A DNA stretch of 64,000 nt. Origin: Hyaloraphidium curvatum SAG 235-1 (lineage: Eukaryota > Fungi > Monoblepharomycota). The stretch is taken from NCBI GenBank assembly GCA_025558095.1, contig JAIVFI010000007.1:496001-560000 (forward strand), read 5' to 3'. A program made the position numbers and the translations under genes. Below the pieces are notes generated by a model. The model was not told the origin of the DNA and ran no database searches. It saw only the letters and a program-made list of their open reading frames with translations. Positions 38,524 through 50,033 of the stretch are shown one piece after another (within the stretch, counting starts at the first letter, position 1; every line of letters starts with the position of its first letter).

Positions 38524-38559
38524 CCAGAACAAGGAGCGCCTCTCTGGACCTCAGCCCCT

Positions 38560-40109
38560 CTATGCACTCTCCTCGTGCGTAGCATGCTCTACACCGTCAC
38601 CCTCCTCGCCCTCCGCATTCTCCTCGGTACCGTACCGGTCCGTGTGCATGTCGTTCAGGCCGAGCATCTCGTTCTGCTCCCAAGTCCGGTCGTAGTCCTC
38701 TATCGTCATGTTCGGGTCCGGATCGGGCGCGTAGAGGTTCTGGAGGTAGCTGTTTGCCGCCGGGTCGTCCAGCACCAGGGTCCACGGCACCACCTCCATG
38801 TTGATCACGGAGGTGAGCTTCCGTATCAGGTTAGCAAACACCGCCTTGCGCGTCTGGTCCACCGAATCGCCGTGGCTGAACGGGTTCCTGGTCTCCAGCT
38901 CGTCCCGTACCCGGATCAGCAGCCCCTCCAGCGTCGTAAACTGCCCGCCCAGCGTGCCGGGCGTGAGCTCCAGCTCGACCTCGGGGATCGACAGCCCGCA
39001 CGTCTCGCTCTTGAGCACGTCCCGGGTGAGGTCCTCCGCCTCGGTCACCTTGAGCGTGATCCGCCGCCCCTGCTCGGCGATCGCGCCCCCGGCCTTGACC
39101 TCGTTGCTCTTGAAGCCGCACGAGTCACACGACGAGGCCATGATGACCACCTCCTTGAAGTAGGGGATGGAGATGACGTGCATGCGGGTGTCGTTGGGCG
39201 CGGTGCAGTTGGAGCAGTTGGTGTGGAACTGGAGCACCTCGGGCAAGTTCTCCTCGTCCTCTTCCACTGAACGGCACAAGCAATGAGTGGGAAATTCGGC
39301 GGGATATTGGCGGGAAGCGGAACCCACATTGCTTCGCGGACGCGGTAACGGCGGCTGCCTCGGCATCCTGCGGCACTTCGGGTTCGGCCTCGGTGGCGTT
39401 CAGACCCAGCATCTCGTTCTGTTCCGGAGTCCGCTCGTAACGTCGGGAGGCTATCTTCTTGTCCTTGAGCGGCGCCGTCCTGCGGAGAGGCGGTGAGCCT
39501 CCCGGATACCGTCGTTGCTCAGCAAGGTCCTCACAAGCTCTCGATGTAGCTGTTTCCTGAGGGATCGTCCAGCTCGATGTGAAACGGTCGCTTGAGCTCA
39601 ATGAGCTCGCCCAGTCCTTCCACGATCCCCTGAATCTTGTCGTGCAGCTCCGGTTCCATGATCTTCCGCACAGGTTGTTCTGCCGAGAGCGCCTCGACGG
39701 CCCGCTTCAGCAGCCCTTCCACCGTGGTCAGCATCGCCGGCTGACTCCGCGCCGGGATCTCAAAGTCCAGCTCCGGAACGCGCGCGGCGCAGCTCTCCAT
39801 CTTTACGATCTGGCGGTTCATGTCCGCCTCGTCCTCCACGCGGCACACCTCGAACAGGCCCTTCTCTGCCACGGACCCGGCGCTTTGCACCTCATTATTC
39901 TTGAACCCGCAGTGCGGGCACTCGAATGCCATGAGGACGATCTCCCGGAAGTGCGGGATGCGCGTGAGGAGCAGCCGGGTGGTGCCCTGCTCGTGGCAGT
40001 TCATGCACAGGGACTGGATCTCCGTCACCGGGTTGTCGGGATCGATGTCCACGAAAAGAGGCTGCGGAGCCGCCGCGGACGCGGTCTCCGCGTCGCCTTC
40101 GGAGGCCAT
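38560..40109 (-). CDS. ZPR1: Zinc finger protein ZPR1
   Basis: Two ZPR1 modules: SLCMNCHEQGTTRLLLTRIPHFREIVLMAFECPHCG..DDPSGNSYIE and TNCSNC..IPYFKEV..CDSCG..DDPAANSYLQ. Confidence 0.97.
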
Positions 40110-40336
40110 CGCCGGGGGACGTTGATGATTTGTTTGCGCCGAAGCTCCGCCCCGATCGATTATCACTTCGAAGCTCGTCTGCCAGGATCGAAGTGCTTCT
40201 TCGCGAAGACATGCATTGCTCCAAACTCTACATCGCCTCGTCGCGTCCATCTATGCTTCTATGGATTCTCGTCGTCCCCGACGGCCGATCACATCTTCAC
40301 CGAAGGCGCTCCCTTGAACGAACCAACCCGAGCGGA

Positions 40337-43300
40337 TCACCTGCCCTGCTGAACGAGCCGCCCCAATGCCGCGAGCAGATCCTGCTGCCGCGCGGGCTTG
40401 GGAACAAAGTCGTTCATGCCGCTTTCCTGAGCACGCACCCGATCCCCGGCAAAGGCGTTGCCTGACAGCGCGCAGATGTAGATCGCATCGCCGGCGAGCT
40501 CGCGGATGCGCCTCGTCGCTTCGAACCCGTCCATCTCGGGCATCTGGAGGTCCATGAAGATGACCTCGTACTGCCTCCCGTCGTCCGCGGCACTCTGCAC
40601 CCTTTCGATCGCCTGGAATCCGTCGTTGGCAAAATCGTACTTCTGGTGCAAGCGCTGGAGCAGTTTGCCCGTCACTCTTTGGTTGATCAGGTTGTCCTCC
40701 ACCACGAGAACCCTGAAGACGGGCAGCTTGACGGGCCCGAGTTTCGTGTCCACAAAGATCTCGGCCGCGGCCGCAGGCCGTTTTGCGGGTTTCGAGGGGG
40801 ATGGCGTTTGACGGTCGGGTCCGGGCGCCGGCGACTCGAGCACCGTCGTCGCAGACAGGTTATGCGCCAGGGAAAAGTAGTCGCGCGGCTCCACGGCAGA
40901 CGCCCTCGGCGACGAGAGAGCTTCTAGTCCTGCCTGAGGAGTCCCAATGCCCGAAGGAGTTGTCAGGATGGTTGGCAGCGAGCTGTCCGAGGAGTCACCG
41001 ATCTCTTCCAACGACACGTCCGCCACGCGGGTCAGGCCACTCGTATCGGTAGTCGATGTTCGGAGGGGAGTCGCAGGCGACTTGACTGCTTCGACTTGGG
41101 CAGTGCCACCACCGGCATCCGTTGCCTCGAAAAAGACAGGCTTTGCACGCAGAACGTCGCGGACGTCCGCGACAGACAATGTGTCGTTCGGCAGCTCGTT
41201 GATGAAGCGCACGACCGCCGACATCTTGGCCGGTCGCAGGAGAACGGTCACCTCGTGCGCCTTGGTCAGGCGAAGCGACTTCCTGAACGTTTTGTGCGAC
41301 CCCGGTCCGCACAGGAGCAAACATCGTTTGGATAGTCCGCTCCTCAGAATGCACTTGAGAGCGCTGACCTCGTGCATGCATGTCCTGAAGTCCATCACGA
41401 GGGCCGAGACCGACTTGTCGGTCAGAAGGAAATCTCCCAGACTAGAGCATTCGATGATTGCAGCCGAATCCACCCCAAGCGCCTGCAACAGGTATCGCAG
41501 CGCGTCTCTGTTCAGGGGCCTATTGTCCACGATGGCGAACGAAATCGAGGACGGCGATCTCGAAAGCTCCAAAGGCTCCTGAACGGAGTCGGCCAGTTTT
41601 GCCTTGCCGGGAGAAAGGCGGTCGAGAAAGACCCGAAAGCAGAATGTTGCGCCCCGGTTCTCGAGCCGCGACAGGACCTCAAGGTCCTCTTCATGCATGC
41701 CCGCGCCATCCGAAAGCCACACGTCGCCACCCATTAGTGTCGTAAGCTTCTTTACGATGTTGAGGCCGAGCCCGGTGCCGCCGAAACGTCTCGTAATGCT
41801 CTCGTCCAGCTGTGCAAACTGCTTGAACAGCTTCTCCTTGTGCTCGTGCGAGACGCCAACGCCCGTGTCGCGGACAGCGCCCTCCACCAAGATACGCGTA
41901 GGGTCGTCTGCCGGGACACTCGTTCGCAGGATCAACACGACGTCGCCTTCCAGAGGCGTGAATTTGATCGCATTGTTGAGGAGCTGTGAATGACAATTAA
42001 ACGAAATTCACGGCAAGTAAAGGACCGGAGACTCACGTTGACCAAGATCTGCCGAAACCGCGTGACATCTCCGGCCGCCACTCGCGTCTCCGGCTCCTCG
42101 AACAGATACGCTGCGAATCTAAGTCAACAAAGGGAGACCAGGCCGAGCGAGAACCCCACCATTGATCTGCGGGCCGTCCTTGGAAGCCGCCGTGGACACG
42201 ATCTCGATTGCCAGATCCATGGCTTCCCGGATCGCAAATGGCCGCTTCTCCAACGCCAGCGAGCTCGACTCGTACTTGGAGAAATCCAGAATGTTCGACA
42301 CGATCTGCAACAGAAGGTCGCCGCTTTGCTTGATGATTGTGACAAGCTCCTGCGCCTCGGCGAACTCTGCGTCATCTTCGTTCTCCGCATTGGCAAAGAA
42401 GCCATCGAGCAGGATCCCGGAAAGAGCGGTGACGGCATACAGCGGTGCTTGCAGCAACCCGATCAGACGACCTTTGAAGTTTTGCTCTGCAAATGCACTT
42501 ACTTCTCAGCTCGTGAGAAACGATCGTGAGGAAGTTGCGATGCTCCGCCGCCACCTCGATCTCCTTCCGCGCCGCCAACAGCAATTCGTTTTGTTGCTTC
42601 AGATTTTCCATCTAAAGAAGCATGTCAAACGTCGTCCAGCATTGTCAACCAACCTGACGTACCCGAAGCCGATCGACTTCGATTGCGTTGGCTGCAACGG
42701 AAGGTAAGAACAATGATGAACGCAATTCGAGCTCGTCACCTTGATTCAGGGCGATACCGATTTGCTCCGCAGTGTCGGTGACCAGGCTCGCGGCAAACTC
42801 CACCCTCTCGGGCAGATTGTCCTTGTCCGGTCCCGGATCCTGAATGTGCAGGACAAGAAGGCCCCATTCCGACGCATCCATACGATCGTTCGAGGTCTTC
42901 GATGTGCTCTCCCCCACTGTCGCGTTCTGATCCGCACCAGGCGTACCTGCCGGAGTCGTTCCCGGTGACCCAGAGGTCGCGAACCCAGCATCGGAGGCCG
43001 TCGGAAGGGGGAAGCGAATCATGATGACAGCCCCGATATCATCCATGGGCCCGAGGCGATGTCGGACCCGCTGGTGCGGATGTTCGTGTCCGATCTCCAC
43101 AGCAGTGAAGATCTCGCGCATGGCCTCCGAATCGCGATCCGTGAATAAGGTGATGCATTTCGACGTCTCCAAGGCGACGGCGATTGGAGCGACCCGCGTG
43201 TCCAGATCGTGGAAAGGCAGCTTCTCCACGCCATTCGAATACTCAGCGAAGAGAGACATTTTTGTTTCCTGGAAGCTCGGAAGATAGATGAGGCAACGCC

Positions 43301-44309
43301 CTCCGTACCGGCCCTCCGGCTGGGCCATCCATGGAGAATCGCCGTCCGGTCCATACTGGTCCGCGTCCAAGTACTCTTCCAGCAAGCGGGCACTCGCATC
43401 CAACGGGTTTTCGGCAGCGTCTGGAGAGCCGGGCGCAGCGAATACAGAACCGTCCTCGCCCAGCTCCGAAGGAGGTTTGGAAAACAGGTCTCGCTTCAAG
43501 AGAGCCCTTCCAATCTCCCTCGCAGAGATCCGCAGAATCGCGGCCCGCGCGAGCGTTCTGCGAATCTTGATGATGATGTGGCGGAGCAGTACGAGAGAAT
43601 CGCTCTGGTACCGAAGCGATCGTTCCGACAAATGCTTCTTTGCCAGTTCGTTCTCCAACCTGTCGTGCGAGCACTGTGAGGAAGAGATGCGACTGCAACG
43701 GATCATGACCTACGCCTGAATGAATCTGGGAATCATGACGGCCTTTGGGGCCAGGCGAATAAGCACGTACGCGGTGTAAAGGCTCACAATGCTCGTCAAG
43801 ATCTTCGAGACGTTGAGGAGAACGAACGTCCAGTGATAGAACGGTACGAAGGCGCCGATGAAATGGGTCGTGCCGCAGAGGAGGATGAACTGAACGGTGG
43901 CAGATCAGAGGCGCGACGGTAGGTAACGCGTGTAGAAGGAACTCACGGCGACGAAGAGATGCACCACAGACTCCACCGGCAGGTGGGTCTGCGCTTGCTT
44001 CATGAACCAGAACATGCTCAGCGGGATGCTGAAGTAGGCCAGGGCGATGCCAAAGTCTGTAGTGAAGGAGCAAGGTTGAAGCGTAGTCGGCGCGGACGGA
44101 AGACCACGGCTCTCACCACTGACGGCGCTCACGACCTTCCCCGCACCGCTCATGGGCAGGCACGGCTGTGATGTGCCACCATAGAATGATGAGTCCCGTA
44201 CGGGTGGAGGGGCCGGGGCCTCGTTTCGGGCGACAATGGCAGCGCCCCCCACGGAGGTTGCACCAGCGACGCACAGAGCCGCAAGCGCCAGATGGCCCCA
44301 GCGCTTCAT
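40337..44309 (-). CDS. Ethylene-receptor-like hybrid histidine kinase (signal segment, ETR1-type 3-TM ethylene-binding domain, GAF, HisKA, HATPase, pseudo-receiver, receiver)
   Basis: Spliced: SDFGIALAYFSIPL..FVA|FILLCGTTHFI..SKILTSIVS; GAF IRRTLARAAIL..TAEQIGIALNQ; SHELR|TPL; LLNNAIKFT; DTGVG; GGTGLGL; VEDNLINQ..IFMDLQMPEMDG..VPKP. Confidence 0.92.
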
Positions 44310-44512
44310 TGCCAGCGACTCAGAGGCTCGATACTCCTCGGAAACCACCGGTTTCCGCTGGAAGGGAATGGTCGGCGGGTGATAGCTTCCGTATGTTTAC
44401 GAGAGGCTTTTGGCGTCGGCGGGCCCGACCGACCGATGACATGACATCAACCTGCGAAATACAACTCGTTCAGAATTGCCGGCAGAAGATTGATGCGGAA
44501 AACGTACAACAT

Positions 44513-45287
44513 TCAATCTGCGGAACCGTTCTCCCCTACTTCGCCGCCTGACGCGTCATTCGGTTCCGGTTCCTGCTTAACAGCTGAGGAGGCAGGTCTG
44601 CGGGAGCGACCCTTGTTCGAGCGATCTCCCGGCCCCGATTGCTTCAAATTGTCAAGAAAGGTCTCCATAACGGCTTCATAGTCATCGAAGCCGAGCTGTC
44701 CCATAGCCCATAACACGTCCTCGCCCGTCAAGGCCTTTCGGTCTTCCGACAAACAGTGCTCCGCGGCTGGAAAGAGACATCGATCAGACCGTCACCATCG
44801 CACAATCTCAAAGCAGGTCACCTTCGCTCGTAATGAAGCTGATGAACTCGCTCGCACACTCCAAGATGCTGTCCTTGGCGTCCTTGGCGATCTTTGCGGT
44901 TTCCGGCAGCACCGACTTGATGATCCTGGACACGTTCGCGTCCGGGAGGAATCGATCGTGCTCCTTGACATCCTTTCCGTCGTCCTCCTCGCTAGCCACA
45001 GCCGACGCGCTCCCGGAACGATCTCTCCGCTGCCGCCTCGGCGGTCCCGAGGAAGCAGACGCGTCGCTCGCGTCGTAATCGTCGTCCGCTCCATCGTCCT
45101 CGCTTTTTGGTGCCCACTCCTCGTCATCCGCGGCATCGGGAGCCAGTTTGGAGACGGAAACGGGGGTCGCAGTGGGGATCGTCACCTTCCCCTTGCGCGC
45201 TGCGGGACGCGTCCGCGGGCTCCCATCGGTCTCATCGACATCCTTAGAAGGTTCAGGTTCTTTTCCGCCGCGTTTCCGACCCGACAT
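44513..45287 (-). CDS. Histone-fold protein, NF-YB/Hap3-like
   Basis: [46 protein letters not shown]|[30 protein letters not shown]. Confidence 0.85.
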
Positions 45288-46009
45288 GGTCGACCGGAGG
45301 ATGGGGACGCGATCACCCCCCCTCTCACCCCAACAATTAATCAATCAATCAGAGGAAGCAACAATCGCCATCCGACGCCGTTCATAATCCGGTGGGTAGG
45401 CGTGCGGTGAATGCAACCGCTCTCGGAATGAGGATAAAACTGGTAGTCTATCGCGGGCTCGGTCCGCGAGAGCCGGGAGAGCGTCGGCATCCTGCTCCTG
45501 GTGCCTGCTCCCTCTCCGGTCGAGCGGCTTCGGAAAGCAGCCGGCGGGCACAAAGTGCCGGCTCTCGGCGATGAAAGAACCAAGGCGAAGCGGACCGATG
45601 GCGACCCAGACGACGTGTTCTTCTCGTTCCTCTCTGGCTTACCTCCACCTCCATTTCCTCCCAGATTACCTACCAGGCGGAACTCTAAGTACCTGGTAGA
45701 ACTCTCAAGACAAACTGTGGAGAGACAATCCGTCATGGGAACTTCTGCCGGTGAGGATCGGAACGACCGTTGTCTGCCACCTTGCTCTGGGGTGGTGGGG
45801 GAACTCGGGCGAAGACGACAACACTCGACTCGACGCTCCAAAGCAATGGGTGTCAAACATCTCTAAGAAGTACTGAGCCTCGGGTTGCTCTAGCTGGATG
45901 GTTGGATGTGGCGGAGGTAGATTGGGCGCTGACTAGCTCATCCCGGGACAGGCACGAACAAAGATCAAGATTCCATCGGCATGGCGAGCATGTATTTCCG
46001 TTCCAGAAT

Positions 46010-47851
46010 CTACTCCGGCGAAATGATTTTCGTCACCTTGCCGATAGCCACAGTCCGTCCTGCAGATCGGAAACGCGTCAGTGCCCGAGAAGCTCACACG
46101 CGCCCCCCCAAAAAGCAACGCACCTTCGTCGCGGAGCGTGAACCGCCCCAGGTTCGGGTGATCCGCGTACGTCTCGACGCACACGTTCTCCGCCACGTCG
46201 ATCCGCACGATCGCCGAGTCGCCCTGCTTGAGGAACTGCGGCGGCAGCTTGGTCTTCTTGCCCGTCTTCTTGTCCACCTTGTGCAGCAGCTCGGCGATGA
46301 CGACCTCCTCGGTCGCCGAGCCGAGATGGCAAACGCATTGGTAGCCGGCGGCCATGATGGATTTGAATTCCACGACGTTGATCTGGGCCTCGAAGCGGTT
46401 GGTGTAGTGCACGGGTTGGGAGGGGTCGCAGATGACGAAACCGGGTTGGACCTCCTGTTTCGCGGACGAAGGGGATGAGAGTATGCAGCACCGCGCCGTG
46501 ATGCCACCCACGTCTTCCTCGACGCCCTTTAGCCGCAGGCGGATGCTGTCCCCCGTCCTCGCGGAGCTCAGCTCCTGCTCCTCGATCCAGATGCCCTGCA
46601 CCTCGGTCGTCCGCTTGTTGGGCATGAGCAGCACCGTCTGTCCCTTCCTGATCCTCCCCGATTCCACCTTGCCCAGGATCACGGTGCCCATGTCCTTGAA
46701 CCGGTCCGCGACGGTGATGAGCAGGTTGCCGTCCGTCTTGCGGGCCAGCTCCATGCTGTCGAGGAGCTCCAGCAGCGCGGGGCCCTGGTACCACGGGCAC
46801 ACGGAGGCGGGGGCGCGGTCCTTGAGGTTCGCGCCGGAGAAGCCGGAGAGGGGGATGGTTTCGATGTCCGTCTTGGGATTGAAGCCGATGCCCTTGAGGA
46901 AGGGCACGACCTTGCCGATGATCTCGTCATATCTGCGGGCACTGAGTTAGACCCACGCCGCCGTGCAGCGCCGGTGACCTCACCTCTCCTTGCTCCACTG
47001 AACGGTGGGCTCGTCCATCTTGTTCACGGCGACGATGATCTTCTTGACGCCCGTCGTCTTGACCAGCATGGCGTGCTCCCGCGTCTGCCCGCCCTTTTCG
47101 AAGCCCGTCTCGAACTCGCCCCTGCGCGCCGAGATGACGAGGCAGGCCACGTCGGCCTGGGACGCGCCGGAAATCATGGACGGGACGTAGGTCTTGTGGC
47201 CGGGGGCGTCGAGGATGGTGAAGCGCCGCTTGTCCGTCTCGAAGTAGCCGCGGCCGTATTCGACCGTGATGCCCTGCGCGGGTGTCAGGTCGGCGGGACG
47301 GGTACGCAGGGCGGGGCGCCGACCTTTGCCCGCTCCTCAGAGTTGGCGTCCAGGGCCCACGTCAGGTAAAAGGTATCCCGCCCAAGCTCCTTGGCCTCCT
47401 TCTCGTACTTTTCCAGCGTCCGCTTGTCCACCATGCCGGTCAGGAACAGGATGTGGCCGCCCATGGTGCTCTTCCCCGCATCGACGTGGCCTATGAAGAC
47501 GATGTTGAGGTGCTCCTTGTACTCCTTGTCCTCCTTTTCCAGCAGCGCAGCCTCCTTCTCCGCGGCGGCCGCCGACTTTGTCGGCTGCGACACCGGGGAA
47601 GGCGTCTGCACGTCGGCGGCGGCAGTCTTTGCCGCGGGGACGGTGGCGACAGGCTTCGGCAGGTCCGCCTTTGGCTTCGGCGCCGGGGCTGGAGCAGGTG
47701 CGGGCTCCTCCTCCGCGGCCGCGGGGGCGAAGCCCGACGGCACGAAGCTGGGAACAAAGTCCAGGCTGTCCAGGTCGAGGTTCGCGAACTTGGAGGCGGC
47801 CTGTCCGACCGGCTCCTCGTCCCACGACTCGGGCGCCCCGTTCGCGGCCAT
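46010..47851 (-). CDS. SUP35: Translation release factor eRF3
   Basis: GHVDAGKSTMGG, LDAPGHKTYVPSMISGASQAD, REHAMLVKT, NKMD, GRFTLRDEG; several introns. Confidence 0.95.
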
Positions 47852-48245
47852 GGCTGGTTGCGAGGCGATGCGGGCCGTGTGGGGCAGTAGCAAGTAGAAA
47901 GAGTGCGGGAGATCGCAGGCGAGCCACAGAGAGGCGCCGATGCGGCCCGGGGGGCGGTGAGCGTCGCGAGCAGAAAGCCCGACGAGTGTGGAGTGCACGG
48001 CACACGAGGCGCGGCAGGAAGCACGGGGAACGGCGGAGGCTCCGATGACTCGGCGTTCCCGGCAGCGGCACCGATGAATGCCCACCTGCGGCCTTCCGCT
48101 CCGCGAGGAAAGAAACGTCGCTCGGGGGAGGGACTTGCTGCACCGCGCAGAGCGAGTGCGGTGTCTAGTGGCGCCGAACTCCGGCGCCGTACAGCTCAAT
48201 GGAGCCGCGAGATAGCCTCCAGATCAGCGTGAGCTGACCTTTGCA

Positions 48246-50001
48246 ATGGAGTGCCCCGCGTGCCGGGTCCGCGCGCAGCGCTGGGTGTGCCAGAAGTGCC
48301 TCGCGACGACGCTCGCGTCGCACGGGCAGCTGTACGCGTCGCGCGAGGAGGCGCGCGACCGGACCGCGAAGCGCATCGAGGAGAGGCTGAGCAGCGAGGG
48401 CACGGACCGCAGGCGGCGGGTGGACGCGGCACTGGGGGACACGAGGGAGCTGCTCGACGCGGTGGACAGGGCCGTGGACGAGGCCAAGGATGAGATCCAG
48501 AAGCGTGGGTGTCCCCTCGGATCTGGGTGGCGACAATCATGGAGGTACCTTTGTTGCTGGGGCAACGTGAAGACCTTGGGGGAGGAGAGGCGGTTCCACC
48601 GTGGGGGATCTCAACGCCGTCGCCTCCTTCGACTCGCCCCCTGCCTTCCGTGTCTTGTCTTTTGCCTTTATCTAATTGTTTCTTCCAGTTCAACACGCGG
48701 TGGCCACACTGAAGGCCTCCAACGCGGCGCGGCGGCAGCAGCTGAAGCAGCAGCGCAGCGCCGTCAACCTCGCGCGGGCGACGGCCGTCGCCGAGCACGA
48801 CAAGAAGATGCTGGAGCTCAAGGAACGGTACAACGAGACCGCCGAGGTGCTCACGCAGACGCGCAAGGTGCTGGTGAAGGAGCTGTGCAGCGTGTTTGGG
48901 CTGCGGAGGGTGCGGAGGGAAGTGACGGGCAAGGCCGACGAGGGCGGGGCAAAGGAGCAGCCGCAGTCCCCGACGTCGGATGCGTCTGGGGGCAGCAAGG
49001 AGCCCGCGCGGACAGGGAGCCCGAAAGAGTACACGGAGGACTACAGGATAGTCAACGTGACATTTCCGACCCAGGGCGACTTTTGGAGTGCGTGGTTGCT
49101 GCTTGTTATGGAAAAACACGGGCTAACGATCGTTGCCCGGCCAGACTATTCGAGGGACGAGTTCAACACGGGCCTGGGCTACATCCTGCACATTACCATC
49201 CTCGCTTCGCGCTACCTCTCGGTACCCCTGCCGTTCCCGTTCGAGCACAAGGGCTCAAAGTCCTTTGCTAGAGCACCGTACCCCGCCTCCCTCGAGACTG
49301 GCCAGATGCCCCTGCACCTCTCATCGCAGCCGAACAACTACGACCTCTTCCTCGTCGGCTTCACCATGGTCAACTACAACCTCGCCTACCTGGCGCACAC
49401 GCAGGGCGTCCGGATCCACCTCGCCGACGTCACCCACTCCCTGCGAAACCTTTGGCAGGCCCTGCACTCCCCACTGCTGGGCCGGGACTCCTTCCCGCCG
49501 CGCCTCATGATCCCGAACGCCACGGGCACCGCGGCTTTCTACGCGACCCTGGGCAACTCCTTTCCTTTGGACTTTGGCAAGTGCATCCGCGGCCTTGCCA
49601 CGCTCCGCGCCGGGAACGGCGTCCCCGGCGCGCCAAACGGCGGCGCGGGGTACAGCTTCGGCGTCGGACTGGGCAACGCCTTTTTGGAGCGGCTGGCGGA
49701 CGACGCGCTGCTCTCGCGGTTGAAGAACAACCTCGTCGGATCGGCCAACGGGGCCTGGGCAAACGGGAGCGCCATGTTCTCGAGCATCGGCGGGGGCTGG
49801 AGCACGCTCTCCAAGCCCGAGGCCACGGAGGAGGTGGTGGGGAGCGCGAGGGCCGCGGCGAGGGCGGACAGGCCGCGCGAGGAGGGAAAGAACCGGGGGA
49901 AGCGGAAAGAAGAGGACGAGGAGAAGGTGCCCGCCACAGAGAGCGAGGCGCAGGGCGAGGGTCTGCTGGACCCGGACGATGCTGATTGGCTTGTGGTCTG
50001 A
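48246..50001 (+). CDS. Atg14/UVRAG(Vps38)-family PI3K-III subunit
   Basis: N-terminal CPAC..CQKC; coiled coil; NTGLGYILHITILASRYLSVPLPF, NYNLAYLAHTQGV; acidic DWLVV (LIR-like) C-terminus. Confidence 0.82.
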
Positions 50002-50033
50002 TTCTTCCCATTCGCGTCATCGTTGGCAATGCA

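Noticed and set aside
40337-44309. Bacterial contamination or pseudogene explanation for the fragmented histidine kinase
   Set aside because: The breaks I traced coincide with GT..AG introns that restore the frame and the conserved motifs, and the gene is flanked by eukaryotic ZPR1 and NF-YB.
46010-47851. EF-1alpha or Hbs1 identity for the GTPase
   Set aside because: GKSTMGG, TYVPSMISGASQAD, REHAMLVKT, GRFTLRDEG and the N-terminal extension are eRF3-type.
1-50001. Autophagy gene cluster (ALFY-like plus ATG14-like)
   Set aside because: The two genes are ~39 kb and ~17 unrelated genes apart; chance co-location is the simpler explanation.
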